A stretch of DNA of 64,000 bases from contig JBDKFG010000005.1 in the NCBI GenBank assembly GCA_039798785.1, forward strand, positions 32,723 to 96,722, given 5' to 3'. Every line of letters begins with the position of its first letter. Position 1 is the first letter of the stretch. Source of the stretch: Verrucomicrobiota bacterium. Lineage in GTDB: Bacteria > Verrucomicrobiota > Lentisphaeria > Lentisphaerales > Lentisphaeraceae. Of this stretch, positions 1 to 7,950 are shown piece by piece. A model generated the notes under the pieces. The model made no database searches, was not told where the DNA came from, and worked only from the letters and a program-made list of their open reading frames with translations. Made by a program: the position numbers and the translations under genes.

Positions 1-14
1 TCAAAGTTGACGAG

Positions 15-353
15 ATGATGAAATTGCTTACCGATATCAAGGGAAACTGTGTCCGTGCTCAAGTTTTCCGGCGGCTTTTCCAGACCTGGCTGATCGGATT
101 GAGCGAGGATACCTTGCAAGGCAAAACGATAGCTCGTCAGCTTTACATGCTTGCAGACGAGCTTAAGGAATGTGGATTCGGCTCCGCTGCCTACGCCCTG
201 GATGACGCCTTTGATCTGATCGAATTCGGGTATTGCACCCACGAGCAAGCGCTGCAACAGTTGCAGGGGTATCTCCAAGAGTTTGCAGAAAGCGAGATTT
301 CGGATCCCGCGGCGCACCCGATTCACCCAGAGCTTAAAAGAGCTCCTCCATGA
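15..353 (+). CDS. Hypothetical protein
   Basis: 112-aa ORF of lower GC than flanking housekeeping genes; no recognisable motif. Confidence 0.5.
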   Translation: MMKLLTDIKGNCVRAQVFRRLFQTWLIGLSEDTLQGKTIARQLYMLADELKECGFGSAAYALDDAFDLIEFGYCTHEQALQQLQGYLQEFAESEISDPAAHPIHPELKRAPP

Positions 354-489
354 CTGACTCCCTCAATCCCCCCTCCGGCTCGATCATGCTCTACAGTCCT
401 GGTTAGGTGATGTGCAGCTCCTCCCTGAGTTGTTGCCAAAATGGAAAGAGCTCCTGACAACCCTTGAAACCCCGAGGAAATCCCCCGGC

Positions 490-912
490 ATGACTGAAGC
501 CTCAAACCCCTGCCGCTGCAAGGAGTGCCAAGTTGAGATCATGGCCTTGACCTTCAAGGCCAACAAGGGCTTTTGCCGGAAGTGTCGCAGTGACAATAAA
601 GATGATGAAGATGACGGTTGGGATCAAGCGGCAGATTGGCTCGAGACCCTCAAGCTCATCGGCTGGGGGATTGGCGGCGCCTGGCTGGGATGGAAGCTGC
701 TGGGATCGATCCATTGGCTCCTCGGACTGATCGCCATTCCCTGTGGTTTTGTCACGGCGATCGGATTGGTCATCCTCGTCGATATCATTCTACTTTTCAC
801 CTGCGGGATCTTCGGCCTTGGCGGTCTCTGGCTGGTGATCCTCATCGGTTCCTGGGTGATGGAGAAGTTCCGCCGTCCCGATCCGCAAGCGGGGAAAGCG
901 AGGAAGAGTTAA
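490..912 (+). CDS. Hypothetical membrane protein with N-terminal CxxC...CxxC zinc-finger-like motif
   Basis: ATG 490 after GAGGA; CKEC...CRKC, acidic linker, then about 3 hydrophobic segments. Confidence 0.6.
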   Translation: MTEASNPCRCKECQVEIMALTFKANKGFCRKCRSDNKDDEDDGWDQAADWLETLKLIGWGIGGAWLGWKLLGSIHWLLGLIAIPCGFVTAIGLVILVDIILLFTCGIFGLGGLWLVILIGSWVMEKFRRPDPQAGKARKS

Positions 913-975
913 GCCTCCGCTCGGGATGTGGGTTGGCAACTCAGCAGACGATGGTGCGGAAAGGCGGCAAAACAA

Positions 976-1041
976 AGCCGGCGGTCGCGGCGCTCCCAGG
1001 GATGCCGGAACACCGCGAATGTGGACATTCGCGCTCCCAGG
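976..1041. repeat. Two tandem REP-like units (hairpin followed by GCTCCCAGG)
   Basis: gccggcggtcgcggc-gctcccagg and cgcgaatgt-gg-acattcgcg-ctcccagg; same tail at 2993, 3055, 4310, 60141, 60221. Confidence 0.75.
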
Positions 1042-1120
1042 GATTACGAATGCCGCAGGGCCGCGTCATCCCAAAAAATCGCCCTCGTTGTTCATCTGTG
1101 AAATCTGCGTCATCTGTGGA

Positions 1121-1170
1121 TGAACCTAAAAACCGCAGCAGAGCAGTGGAACCGGGTTGAAAGGTTCAAT
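1121..1170 (+). repeat. Dispersed ~50-bp repeat ending in AACCGGGTTGAAAGGTT
   Basis: 40/50 identical without gaps to 18311-18360; 17-bp core also at 29119-29135. Confidence 0.8.
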
Positions 1171-1817
1171 CACTCCGCGTCGCCCTGCTTCCCCGGTGCG
1201 GTGTCCACAAAGGCGGGCAAAGCCAGGCAGGCCTGCTCGGCGGCGACGAGGCGCGGATAGGCTTCGAGGGGAAAGGCGAAGCGGCGGGCGTTGAAGAGCT
1301 GCGGCACGAGGCAGATCTCGGCCAGGCCGGGACGGTCGCCGAAGAGGAAGGGGCCTGGGCCGCCTTCTCGCTTGGCCAGCTCTTCGAGGGCGGCGAAATT
1401 CTCCTCGAACCAGAAATGCATCCAGGCTTTCTTCTGCGCTTCGTCGGCGCCGAATTGCTGGGTCAGTCTTTGCAGGGTGCGCAAATTGTTGATCGGGTGG
1501 ATCTCGCAGGCGATCGCCAGGGCGAAGGCGCGGCAATGGGCGCGCGCCACCGGATCGAGCGGCAGGAAGCTCGGGCTCGGATGGGTCTCCTCGAGATACT
1601 CGAGAATCGCCAGCGATTGGGTCAAAACCTGAGCGTCATCAAGCACCAGAGCCGGGACGATCTTCTGCGGGTTGAGCGCCGCATATTCCGGCTTGCGCTG
1701 CTGCCCGCCGTCCTTGAGCAGATGGACGAAGTGCGGGGTGGCGGCGAGGCCTTTGATCGCCAAACCGATGCGGACGCGCCAGGCGCAGGAGGAGCGGAAG
1801 TAGGTGTAGAGGTGCAT
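1170..1817 (-). CDS. maiA: Maleylacetoacetate isomerase (zeta-class GST)
   Basis: YFRSSCAWRVRI, NPQKIVP, QSLAILEYLEE, IACEIHPINN; homogentisate operon context. Confidence 0.93.
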   Translation of the reverse strand: MHLYTYFRSSCAWRVRIGLAIKGLAATPHFVHLLKDGGQQRKPEYAALNPQKIVPALVLDDAQVLTQSLAILEYLEETHPSPSFLPLDPVARAHCRAFALAIACEIHPINNLRTLQRLTQQFGADEAQKKAWMHFWFEENFAALEELAKREGGPGPFLFGDRPGLAEICLVPQLFNARRFAFPLEAYPRLVAAEQACLALPAFVDTAPGKQGDAE

Positions 1818-1827
1818 GAGGGCGCCA

Positions 1828-1855
1828 AGTTTAAAGTTTAAGGTTTAAAGTTTAA
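1828..1855. repeat. Heptamer tandem array (A/G)GTTTAA x4
   Basis: agtttaa agtttaa ggtttaa agtttaa; same unit as 5501-5532. Confidence 0.9.
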
Positions 1856-1904
1856 GAGTTGGAGGTGCTCAGCTGCAGCTTGATCCCGAAGGGAGGGCGC
1901 TTCC

Positions 1905-1954
1905 CCAGTTGTGTCCCAGTCGTGTCCCAACTGTGACTCAGTCGTGTCTCAGTT
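1905..1954. repeat. 11-bp degenerate tandem array, ~4.5 copies
   Basis: ccagttgtgtc ccagtcgtgtc ccaactgtgac tcagtcgtgtc tcagtt; overlaps the stop codon of the FAH-family gene. Confidence 0.85.
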
Positions 1955-2933
1955 AAGTTGCGATTTGCTCCACTTTCTGCTCGATGGTGCCGAAGGGCAG
2001 CGAGCCGTCGGGCAGGGCCATGCTGATGCGGACGCTTTCGCCGAACTGCAGGAAGGGGGTGCTCGGTTTGCCGGAGGCGATGGTCTCGCGGCAGCGCTTT
2101 TCGGCGATGCAGGAGCTGCCCTTGGCTTCGTCGCGGTTGGCGACGGTGCCGGAACCGATGACGCTGCCGGCCTCAAGGTTGCGGGTTTTTGCGGCGTGCG
2201 CGATGAGCTGCGGGAAGCTGAAGATCATGTCAGGGCCGGCGTCGGGGCAGCCGAAGAGTTCGCCGTTGCGCCAGGTGGAGAGCGGCAGGTGCAGGCGTCC
2301 CTCGCGCCAGTGCGAGCCGAGTTCGTCGGGGGTGCAGAGCACCGGGCTCATCGTCGAGGCCGGTTTCGACTGGAAGAAACCGAAGCCCTTGGCGAGTTCA
2401 TCGGGGATGAGGTTGCGCAGCGACACGTCGTTGACCAGGCCGATGAGGGCGATGCTCGACGCCGCTTCCTCGGGCGTGGCGCCCTGCTTGACGTCGCTGG
2501 TGAGGACGCAGATCTCCGATTCGAAGTCGATGCCCCAGGCCGCGTCGCGCAGGCGGATGGGTTCGTGCGCAGCCATGAATTCGTTGCCGCCCTGGTACAT
2601 CAGCGGATCGGTCCAGAAGCTCGGCGGCAGCTCGGCGCCGCGGGCCTTGCGCACCAGTTCGACATGGACGACGTAAGCCGAGCCATCGCACCAGTTGTAA
2701 GCGCGGGGAAGCGGTGCGTCGAGGAGGTTTTGATCGAGCTCGAAGGCGCCGGGTGCCTCGCCCTTCTCGAGCTTGTCGGCAAGCTGGCGCAGACGCGGCT
2801 CAACCGCTTTCCAGTCGTCGAGCGCCGCTTGCAGGGTGGGAGCGATGGACGCCGCGCCGACAGCGCGCTTCAGGTCGCGGGAGACGACGATCAGCTGGCC
2901 GTCGCGGTGGTGTTTGAGGGAGGCGAGTTTCAT
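1953..2933 (-). CDS. Fumarylacetoacetate hydrolase family protein
   Basis: Start reassigned to MKLASLKHHRDGQL; DGSAY, IDFESE, NDVSLRNLIPDELAKGFGFFQSKP, GSGTV. Confidence 0.9.
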   Translation of the reverse strand: MKLASLKHHRDGQLIVVSRDLKRAVGAASIAPTLQAALDDWKAVEPRLRQLADKLEKGEAPGAFELDQNLLDAPLPRAYNWCDGSAYVVHVELVRKARGAELPPSFWTDPLMYQGGNEFMAAHEPIRLRDAAWGIDFESEICVLTSDVKQGATPEEAASSIALIGLVNDVSLRNLIPDELAKGFGFFQSKPASTMSPVLCTPDELGSHWREGRLHLPLSTWRNGELFGCPDAGPDMIFSFPQLIAHAAKTRNLEAGSVIGSGTVANRDEAKGSSCIAEKRCRETIASGKPSTPFLQFGESVRISMALPDGSLPFGTIEQKVEQIAT

Positions 2934-2964
2934 TTTTTGGGGAACCGGGTTGCGGGGTTTGGAG

Positions 2965-3570
2965 TTAGAAGTTGGAAGTTGGGGAGTGTGAACCTGGGAG
3001 CGCCGGCTGCCAGCCGGTCTTGCGTGGCTCGAGCTTCCAGCTCGAGTTTCGTTCCCCTGGGAGCCCCGGCGTCCCGCCGGGTAAGTCAAGAAAATTCATC
3101 ACTTCTTGGGGGGATTGCAATTGGAACTTCCGTCCGGAAAAGTCATTAAAAATCGCCTGATGGCCGTGATGGGAGAGTGAATCGGAGCGATCCCAGTAGC
3201 TTGATGCCCAATGGATCAATTTCATTAAGCCCTCTGTTGATTGCGTACGTCCGAGGTGGGTCTGCCCAGCTGCGCGTTTTTCTAGTCTTTCTTTGCAGAG
3301 CGCCCAGGGCATATCCAGCCAAATCAAGGTTTCCGCTTGGTCGAAGTAACGTTTGGCGAGATCGCCATAAACGCCTTCACAAATCCAGGAGTCACGGCTT
3401 TTACTGGTGGCAATCATGTGATCGACTTCGTCTGAACTCCTTTTCGTCTCGAAGCTGCCGGGGAGCCAGAAGATGTCATCCAAATGAATCACGTCGGCGG
3501 CGGACGCTACCAGGCCTTGTGCTAGCCAGGTTTTGCCGCTTCCGGAGTTGCCGATGATGATGGTTTTCAT
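2965..3570 (-). CDS. P-loop nucleotide kinase-like protein (adenylate kinase/FlaR-like)
   Basis: MKTIIIGNSGSGKT Walker A, HLDDIFW, WICEGVY; C-terminal ~37 aa are read through REP repeats. Confidence 0.8.
   Translation of the reverse strand: MKTIIIGNSGSGKTWLAQGLVASAADVIHLDDIFWLPGSFETKRSSDEVDHMIATSKSRDSWICEGVYGDLAKRYFDQAETLIWLDMPWALCKERLEKRAAGQTHLGRTQSTEGLMKLIHWASSYWDRSDSLSHHGHQAIFNDFSGRKFQLQSPQEVMNFLDLPGGTPGLPGERNSSWKLEPRKTGWQPALPGSHSPTSNF
2993..3082. repeat. Cluster of three REP-like hairpins
   Basis: cctgggagc-gccggctgccagccggt; gtgg-ctcgagct-tcc-agctcgag; ccctgggagc-cccggcg-tcc-cgccggg. Confidence 0.8.
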
Positions 3571-4022
3571 GGCTTTATATGCTCGCTGAGCTTCACGATC
3601 AAGCAGGCATCCCAATCGTTTGTGTTTTCCGGTAGGATGATGACCTGGAGCGGCCCTGGCACCGCGCGATCACAAATCGCTTCGTTATCGACATGGATGT
3701 CAAAGCCGAAATCTTGCGGTCGTTTTGACCAGCGTCCGGGGCCTCGCGACAGGATCGCTTGATGTTGCTGTCCGTTGACGACGCGATCTAACGCGATGCC
3801 GTACGCTAGAAAGAGGCGGCGGATCTCTCCTTCGGTGCGTAATGAGCTGGTGTAAATCGAGGGACGGAGCTGCTGTCCATTCAGCCATTGGAAAAGAGCG
3901 CGGCATCCCAGGCGCAGACGCTCACGAGTCAAGATCCCACGCCACCACGACAGAGTCTCTTCCGGCTGCCCGGGGCAGATGAGAAGACCATCGAGGTCGA
4001 AGGAGATGGAGGGGCTGCTCAT
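3567..4022 (-). CDS. HAD-like hypothetical protein
   Basis: SISFDLDG motif I, IYTSS, K, HVDN; ATGA overlaps with both neighbours. Confidence 0.7.
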   Translation of the reverse strand: MSSPSISFDLDGLLICPGQPEETLSWWRGILTRERLRLGCRALFQWLNGQQLRPSIYTSSLRTEGEIRRLFLAYGIALDRVVNGQQHQAILSRGPGRWSKRPQDFGFDIHVDNEAICDRAVPGPLQVIILPENTNDWDACLIVKLSEHIKP

Positions 4023-4237
4023 TGATAGCCGGCCCATTCACTTGAGCATAACCAATGCTTTGGAATTTCTTGGATGGCATCATCATGAATAATTAAATTC
4101 CATGTGTGCTCCCAGCCGCCGGTGGAATAGTCAGCGATTGTAATAGCCGATTTCCAACGAGTTAGAAATTCTTGAACCTGATCGAACTCAATTGAGTCGT
4201 CAATTTGGTCAACATAGATAGTGATTTTTTGTGGCAT
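4019..4237 (-). CDS. Small hypothetical protein (72 aa)
   Basis: Lower-GC ORF whose stop overlaps the next ATG. Confidence 0.6.
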   Translation of the reverse strand: MPQKITIYVDQIDDSIEFDQVQEFLTRWKSAITIADYSTGGWEHTWNLIIHDDAIQEIPKHWLCSSEWAGYQ

Positions 4238-4291
4238 GAATATTTTCCGTCTATCAAAGAAGAACTGGTCGCTTCGCGACGAGCGCAGAAC

Positions 4292-4319
4292 ACCCGACGG
4301 GCCGTCGGGGCTCCCAGGG
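4292..4319. repeat. REP-like unit, inverted partner of 3055-3082
   Basis: Reverse complement matches 3055-3082 at 25/28 nt. Confidence 0.85.
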
Positions 4320-4333
4320 AACTGGCGGGCGAT

Positions 4334-5497
4334 TCATCTTTCGATCTTCATCGCGGGATCGTGGTAACCCTTCCAAGAGTCGACGTAACCGGGCCATTCG
4401 GCGGCGGCGAGGGCGGGGCCGACCTCGAGGGGGTCGCGGGTGTCGATCATCACCGCCACTTCGTCAGTCTGCTGGGCCGGGTTCTCCCAGGATTTCTTGA
4501 GGGCCTTGGGGTGGGGGCCGTGGGCGAAGCCGGCGGGGTGGAGGCTGAGCATGCCGGGGACGATGTTGTCGCGCGAGAAGAAGTCGCCGGCGTGGTAGAA
4601 GAGCACTTCATCGTAGTCGTCGTTGCTGTGGAAGAAGGGGACCTTGAGGGCGCCGGGATCGGTCTCGATCGGGCGGGGAGCGAAGGTGCAGATGACGAAG
4701 CGCGGCGCGACGAAGGTGCTGTGGACGCTGGGCGGCAGGTGGTAGCGGGCGCTCATCACCGGGCGCAGGTCGCGCCAGTTGAGCTTGACGACGCTGAGGT
4801 CGCCATGCCAGCCGACGGCGTCGAGAGGGTTGAAGGGGTAGCAGATGGTCGAGACGCCATCGCGGCGCTTGACCAGGACGCGGGTCGGGATTTCGCCTTG
4901 TTGAGATTTGAAGGCATCGTCGATGCGGGGCGCAACGAGGCAGGCGGGGTCGAAAAAGGCGTGTTGGCCAAGGATGCCACGATCGGGCAGGCCGTAGGAC
5001 TCGCCGGTGGCCTCGGTCATCAGGAGTCGCAGCGGGCTAGAGGGGACGAGGCGCCACATCGTGTTGCGCGGCAGCAGGACGTAGTCGCCTTCGCCGATCT
5101 CGAGGCGGCCGTAGTCGCAGAAGAGTTGACCGGCGCCGGCGTGGACGAAGAGCAGGTCATCGCCGTCGGCGTTGCGGGCGAGGTCGGGCATGGGCGCGGC
5201 GCAGGTCCACAGGCGTACCTTGCAGTGGGCGTTGCCGAGGGCGAGGGGCGCGTCCCAGGGCGAGGGGCCATTCGATTGCACGTCATTGGTGCGGAAGGCG
5301 CGGGGGCGGAGGGGCCCCTCGAAGCTGGTCCAGGCGGTGGGAGGGTGGGCGTGGTGCATCATCGTCGCCGGGCCGAAGAAGCCGCTGCGGCCGATCTCAC
5401 GCTCGAAGAAGCCCTCGGCGGGGAAGTCGCAGTGGGCTTGGCGGGAGCTGATTCCTTCGACCTTGGGGAAGTGGATGGGGGTGCGCATGGAGCTCAC
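4334..5497 (-). CDS. hmgA: Homogentisate 1,2-dioxygenase
   Basis: RNADGDDLLFVH, PLDAVGWHG, HLPPSVHSTF, PFFHSNDDYDEVLFYH, HGPHP; start could be ATG 5488. Confidence 0.92.
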   Translation of the reverse strand: MSSMRTPIHFPKVEGISSRQAHCDFPAEGFFEREIGRSGFFGPATMMHHAHPPTAWTSFEGPLRPRAFRTNDVQSNGPSPWDAPLALGNAHCKVRLWTCAAPMPDLARNADGDDLLFVHAGAGQLFCDYGRLEIGEGDYVLLPRNTMWRLVPSSPLRLLMTEATGESYGLPDRGILGQHAFFDPACLVAPRIDDAFKSQQGEIPTRVLVKRRDGVSTICYPFNPLDAVGWHGDLSVVKLNWRDLRPVMSARYHLPPSVHSTFVAPRFVICTFAPRPIETDPGALKVPFFHSNDDYDEVLFYHAGDFFSRDNIVPGMLSLHPAGFAHGPHPKALKKSWENPAQQTDEVAVMIDTRDPLEVGPALAAAEWPGYVDSWKGYHDPAMKIER

Positions 5498-5500
5498 AGG

Positions 5501-5532
5501 AGTTTAAGGTTTAAAGTTTAAGGTTTAAAGTT
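5501..5532. repeat. Heptamer array (A/G)GTTTAA x4.5
   Basis: Contains the stop codon (5525-5527) of the inserted gene. Confidence 0.9.
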
Positions 5533-5884
5533 GTGGCGAGTCAAGCCTTTTCCCATGGCTGTACAATTCTTGACTCATGATGCTGCCGTCTTTGTAATAG
5601 ACAATGCGCGGACCGTGCAACTTGCCACTCAAGTAATTCACTTCTTTGGAGATCCGACCATCCTCGTCATAATCGACCCATCGGCCAACGCCTTTGCCTT
5701 CATCGTCATTTTCACCAATCTGTGCGATTTGTCCGTTCTCCCAGTAGCAAATAGCTTGTCCAAATTCAACTCCATTCCGATAGGCGCTTCTGAATTTAAT
5801 TTTCTTCGATGGGTAGTAGGCCTCAAAGATTCCGCTGAAATCATCGGCGGGGTAGCTATCATCGTAGACTCGAAGTGTTTCCAT
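5525..5884 (-). CDS. MORN-variant repeat protein (YwqK antitoxin-like)
   Basis: Repeating YYPSKKIK / YWENGQIAQ / YDEDGRISK / YYKDGSIMS units; lower GC. Confidence 0.75.
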   Translation of the reverse strand: METLRVYDDSYPADDFSGIFEAYYPSKKIKFRSAYRNGVEFGQAICYWENGQIAQIGENDDEGKGVGRWVDYDEDGRISKEVNYLSGKLHGPRIVYYKDGSIMSQELYSHGKRLDSPQL

Positions 5885-5897
5885 GGGGACCTTGCTG

Positions 5898-5915
5898 CTT
5901 TAAACTTTAAACTTT
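5898..5915. repeat. Heptamer array CTTTAAA x2.5, inverted relative to 5501-5532
   Basis: ctttaaa ctttaaa cttt; contains the hppD stop (5907-5909). Confidence 0.85.
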
Positions 5916-6968
5916 CAGCGTTCCGCGATCGATCTGGTCTTGTTCCATCGATTCGAAGAGGGCTTTGAAGTTGCCTTCGCCGAAGCCTTGGTTGCCTTTG
6001 CGTTGGATGATCTCGAAGAAGATCGGGCCCATGATCGGGGTGGTGAAGATCTGCAGGAGCAGGCCGCCGTTGTTTTGCGGGTCGCCGTCGACGAGGATGC
6101 GGTTCTTCTGGAGGCGCTCGGTGTCTTCGCCGTGGCCGGGGAGGCGGTTGGGGAGCATGCGGTAGTAGGCGTCGGGAGTGTCGAGCAGCTTGATGCCGCG
6201 GGCGCGGAGTTTTTCGACGGTGTCGTAGATGTCGTCGGTGGCGAGGGCGATGTGCTGGATGCCTTCGCCGTTGTACTGCTGGATGAACTCGACGATCTGC
6301 GACTTGTCGTCGCTCGATTCGTTGATCGGGATGCGGATCTTGCCGTCGGGCGAGCTCATCGCGCGGGAGTGCAGGCCGGTGAAAGATCCCTTGATGTCGA
6401 AGTAGCGGATCTCCTGGAAGTTGAAGAGCTGCTCGTAGAACTTGGCCCAGCGGTCCATCTGGCCCTGGACGACGTTGTGGGTGCAGTGGTCGATCTCGTG
6501 GAGGCCGAGAGCGTTCTTGGCGGCTTCTGCCTCGGCACCGGGGATGGGCTCAAAGTCGATGTCGTAGATCGAGGTGCGGGAGAACTGCGGGATGAAGTAG
6601 AGGATGGCGCCGCCGACGCCGCGGACGCCGGGCAGATTGATTTCCATGAAGCCGGTGCGGCCGACGACCGGCTCGGCGCCGAGTTCCTGGGCTCGTTTCC
6701 AGGCCGCTTCGGCGTTCTGCACCTTGAAGGCGATGGCGCAGGCGCTGGGGCCGTGCTTGGCGGCGAAGGCCTCGGCCTCGGAACCCGGCTGGCGGTTGAT
6801 GATGAAGTTGATCCCGCCTTGACGCCAGAGGGTGACGTTCTTGGAGCGGTGCTTGGCGACGGCGGTGAAGCCGAAAAGGCTGAACAGGGTTTCGAGATCG
6901 TTGGCATTGGGCGAGGCGAATTCGATGAATTCGAAGCCGGCGGTGCCCATCGGGTTGGTGGAATTCAT
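5907..6968 (-). CDS. hppD: 4-hydroxyphenylpyruvate dioxygenase
   Basis: NPMGTAGFEFIEF, IDHCTHNV, GEGIQHIAL, FFEIIQRKGNQGFGEGNFKALFES. Confidence 0.96.
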   Translation of the reverse strand: MNSTNPMGTAGFEFIEFASPNANDLETLFSLFGFTAVAKHRSKNVTLWRQGGINFIINRQPGSEAEAFAAKHGPSACAIAFKVQNAEAAWKRAQELGAEPVVGRTGFMEINLPGVRGVGGAILYFIPQFSRTSIYDIDFEPIPGAEAEAAKNALGLHEIDHCTHNVVQGQMDRWAKFYEQLFNFQEIRYFDIKGSFTGLHSRAMSSPDGKIRIPINESSDDKSQIVEFIQQYNGEGIQHIALATDDIYDTVEKLRARGIKLLDTPDAYYRMLPNRLPGHGEDTERLQKNRILVDGDPQNNGGLLLQIFTTPIMGPIFFEIIQRKGNQGFGEGNFKALFESMEQDQIDRGTLKV

Positions 6969-6993
6969 GAGTACAGGATCCTTTGTTGGGTTG

Positions 6994-7112
6994 ACTATAC
7001 AATACGCCGGAAACCCGCGCTTTTCGCGTCCGCCCCTGAAAAATGTCATAAAAATCTGGGGCTGCCCTTGCTCTGTTGTCGTCCTGCTGCGAAGGAAACG
7101 CGGTGGTATAGT
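6994..7112. promoter_or_regulatory. Candidate divergent -10 elements for hppD and the GNAT gene
   Basis: TATAGT on - strand (~6994-6999) and TGGTATAGT (extended -10 like) on + strand (7104-7112). Confidence 0.35.
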
Positions 7113-7137
7113 GCCAGGGAATCCCGAGGATCCTCCT

Positions 7138-7737
7138 GTGTTGAAAGAACTCCATCTGCTTGAATTTTTGCAGTCTCCTGCGCGGCGGGAGATTCAAGGA
7201 TTGTGGTGGAGCGAGTCGGGGCCCTATCTGGTTTTCTGGCCTGGGGAAGGGATTGCGGATCTTCGTTGGGTGCTGGATCTGGCGCGACAGCAAGGGCGCA
7301 AGGCGGCGATCCGTGTTCATCCAGGATTGAGAGATTTTGACCGGCGACTTGAGGAGGCTGCCTGGACGCGTGGAGAGGATGGACTGGTGATGAGCGGATT
7401 AGCCGCTTCGTCGCCACCTGATCCGGAACTCGGGATCAGCTGGCAGGGTGGTCGTCTCAGTCTCTGGTTGGGCAGACAGGAGAACTGGCGCAGCCGGTGT
7501 GACCTGTATTTCAGCGAGCAAGGGGCGGCGCTATTCAATCTCGAAACCGAGATCTCGCAACAGCGCCGCGGCTACGCCCGTCGTCTTTTGCGCTGCGCTC
7601 AAAACGAGCTTTTGAAGCGTGGTGAAAGCCGTCTGATTCTCAAGGTCGGCTCGGAGAATCAGGCGGCAGTGAACCTCTATCGATCCCTCGGTTTACAGGA
7701 ATCCGGGCGTTATTGGTTCCGGATGAGCCCGAAGTGA
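7138..7737 (+). CDS. GNAT-family N-acetyltransferase
   Basis: QRRGYARRLL acetyl-CoA motif, NQAAVNLYRSLG; GTG start after GAGGA. Confidence 0.75.
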   Translation: MLKELHLLEFLQSPARREIQGLWWSESGPYLVFWPGEGIADLRWVLDLARQQGRKAAIRVHPGLRDFDRRLEEAAWTRGEDGLVMSGLAASSPPDPELGISWQGGRLSLWLGRQENWRSRCDLYFSEQGAALFNLETEISQQRRGYARRLLRCAQNELLKRGESRLILKVGSENQAAVNLYRSLGLQESGRYWFRMSPK

Positions 7738-7880
7738 GTTTTAGCGATTGTCGCAGTTTTAGCGGTTTTACCGGAGAGCTCAGCGGCGGCAGCTCTTGAC
7801 CCTCAAAAGACACCAAAGAACACAAAGGCTGAGCTTGAGCTTGTCAGACCTTTCTGCGCTGTTCCGCGTCTTCTGCGGTT
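7737..7880. repeat. Three degenerate 9-10-bp tandem arrays
   Basis: agttttagc-like x4 (7737-7772); caaag-periodic (7803-7829); ttctgcg-periodic (~7852-7880). Confidence 0.65.
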
Positions 7881-7950
7881 CCGCTGAGCTAATACAGGTC
7901 GAGGAACGGCGCTAGATTCCCGGCCTGAAAATTTCCGGAGATCCCCCCCG

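Noticed and set aside
5525..5884. Complete toxin-antitoxin module
   Set aside because: Only a YwqK-like MORN-repeat gene is present, with no adjacent toxin, and the repeat is not specific to antitoxins
2965..5915. Integron cassette array interpretation of the inserted orphan genes
   Set aside because: No RYYYAAC...GTTRRRY attC architecture after the genes and no tyrosine recombinase in the window
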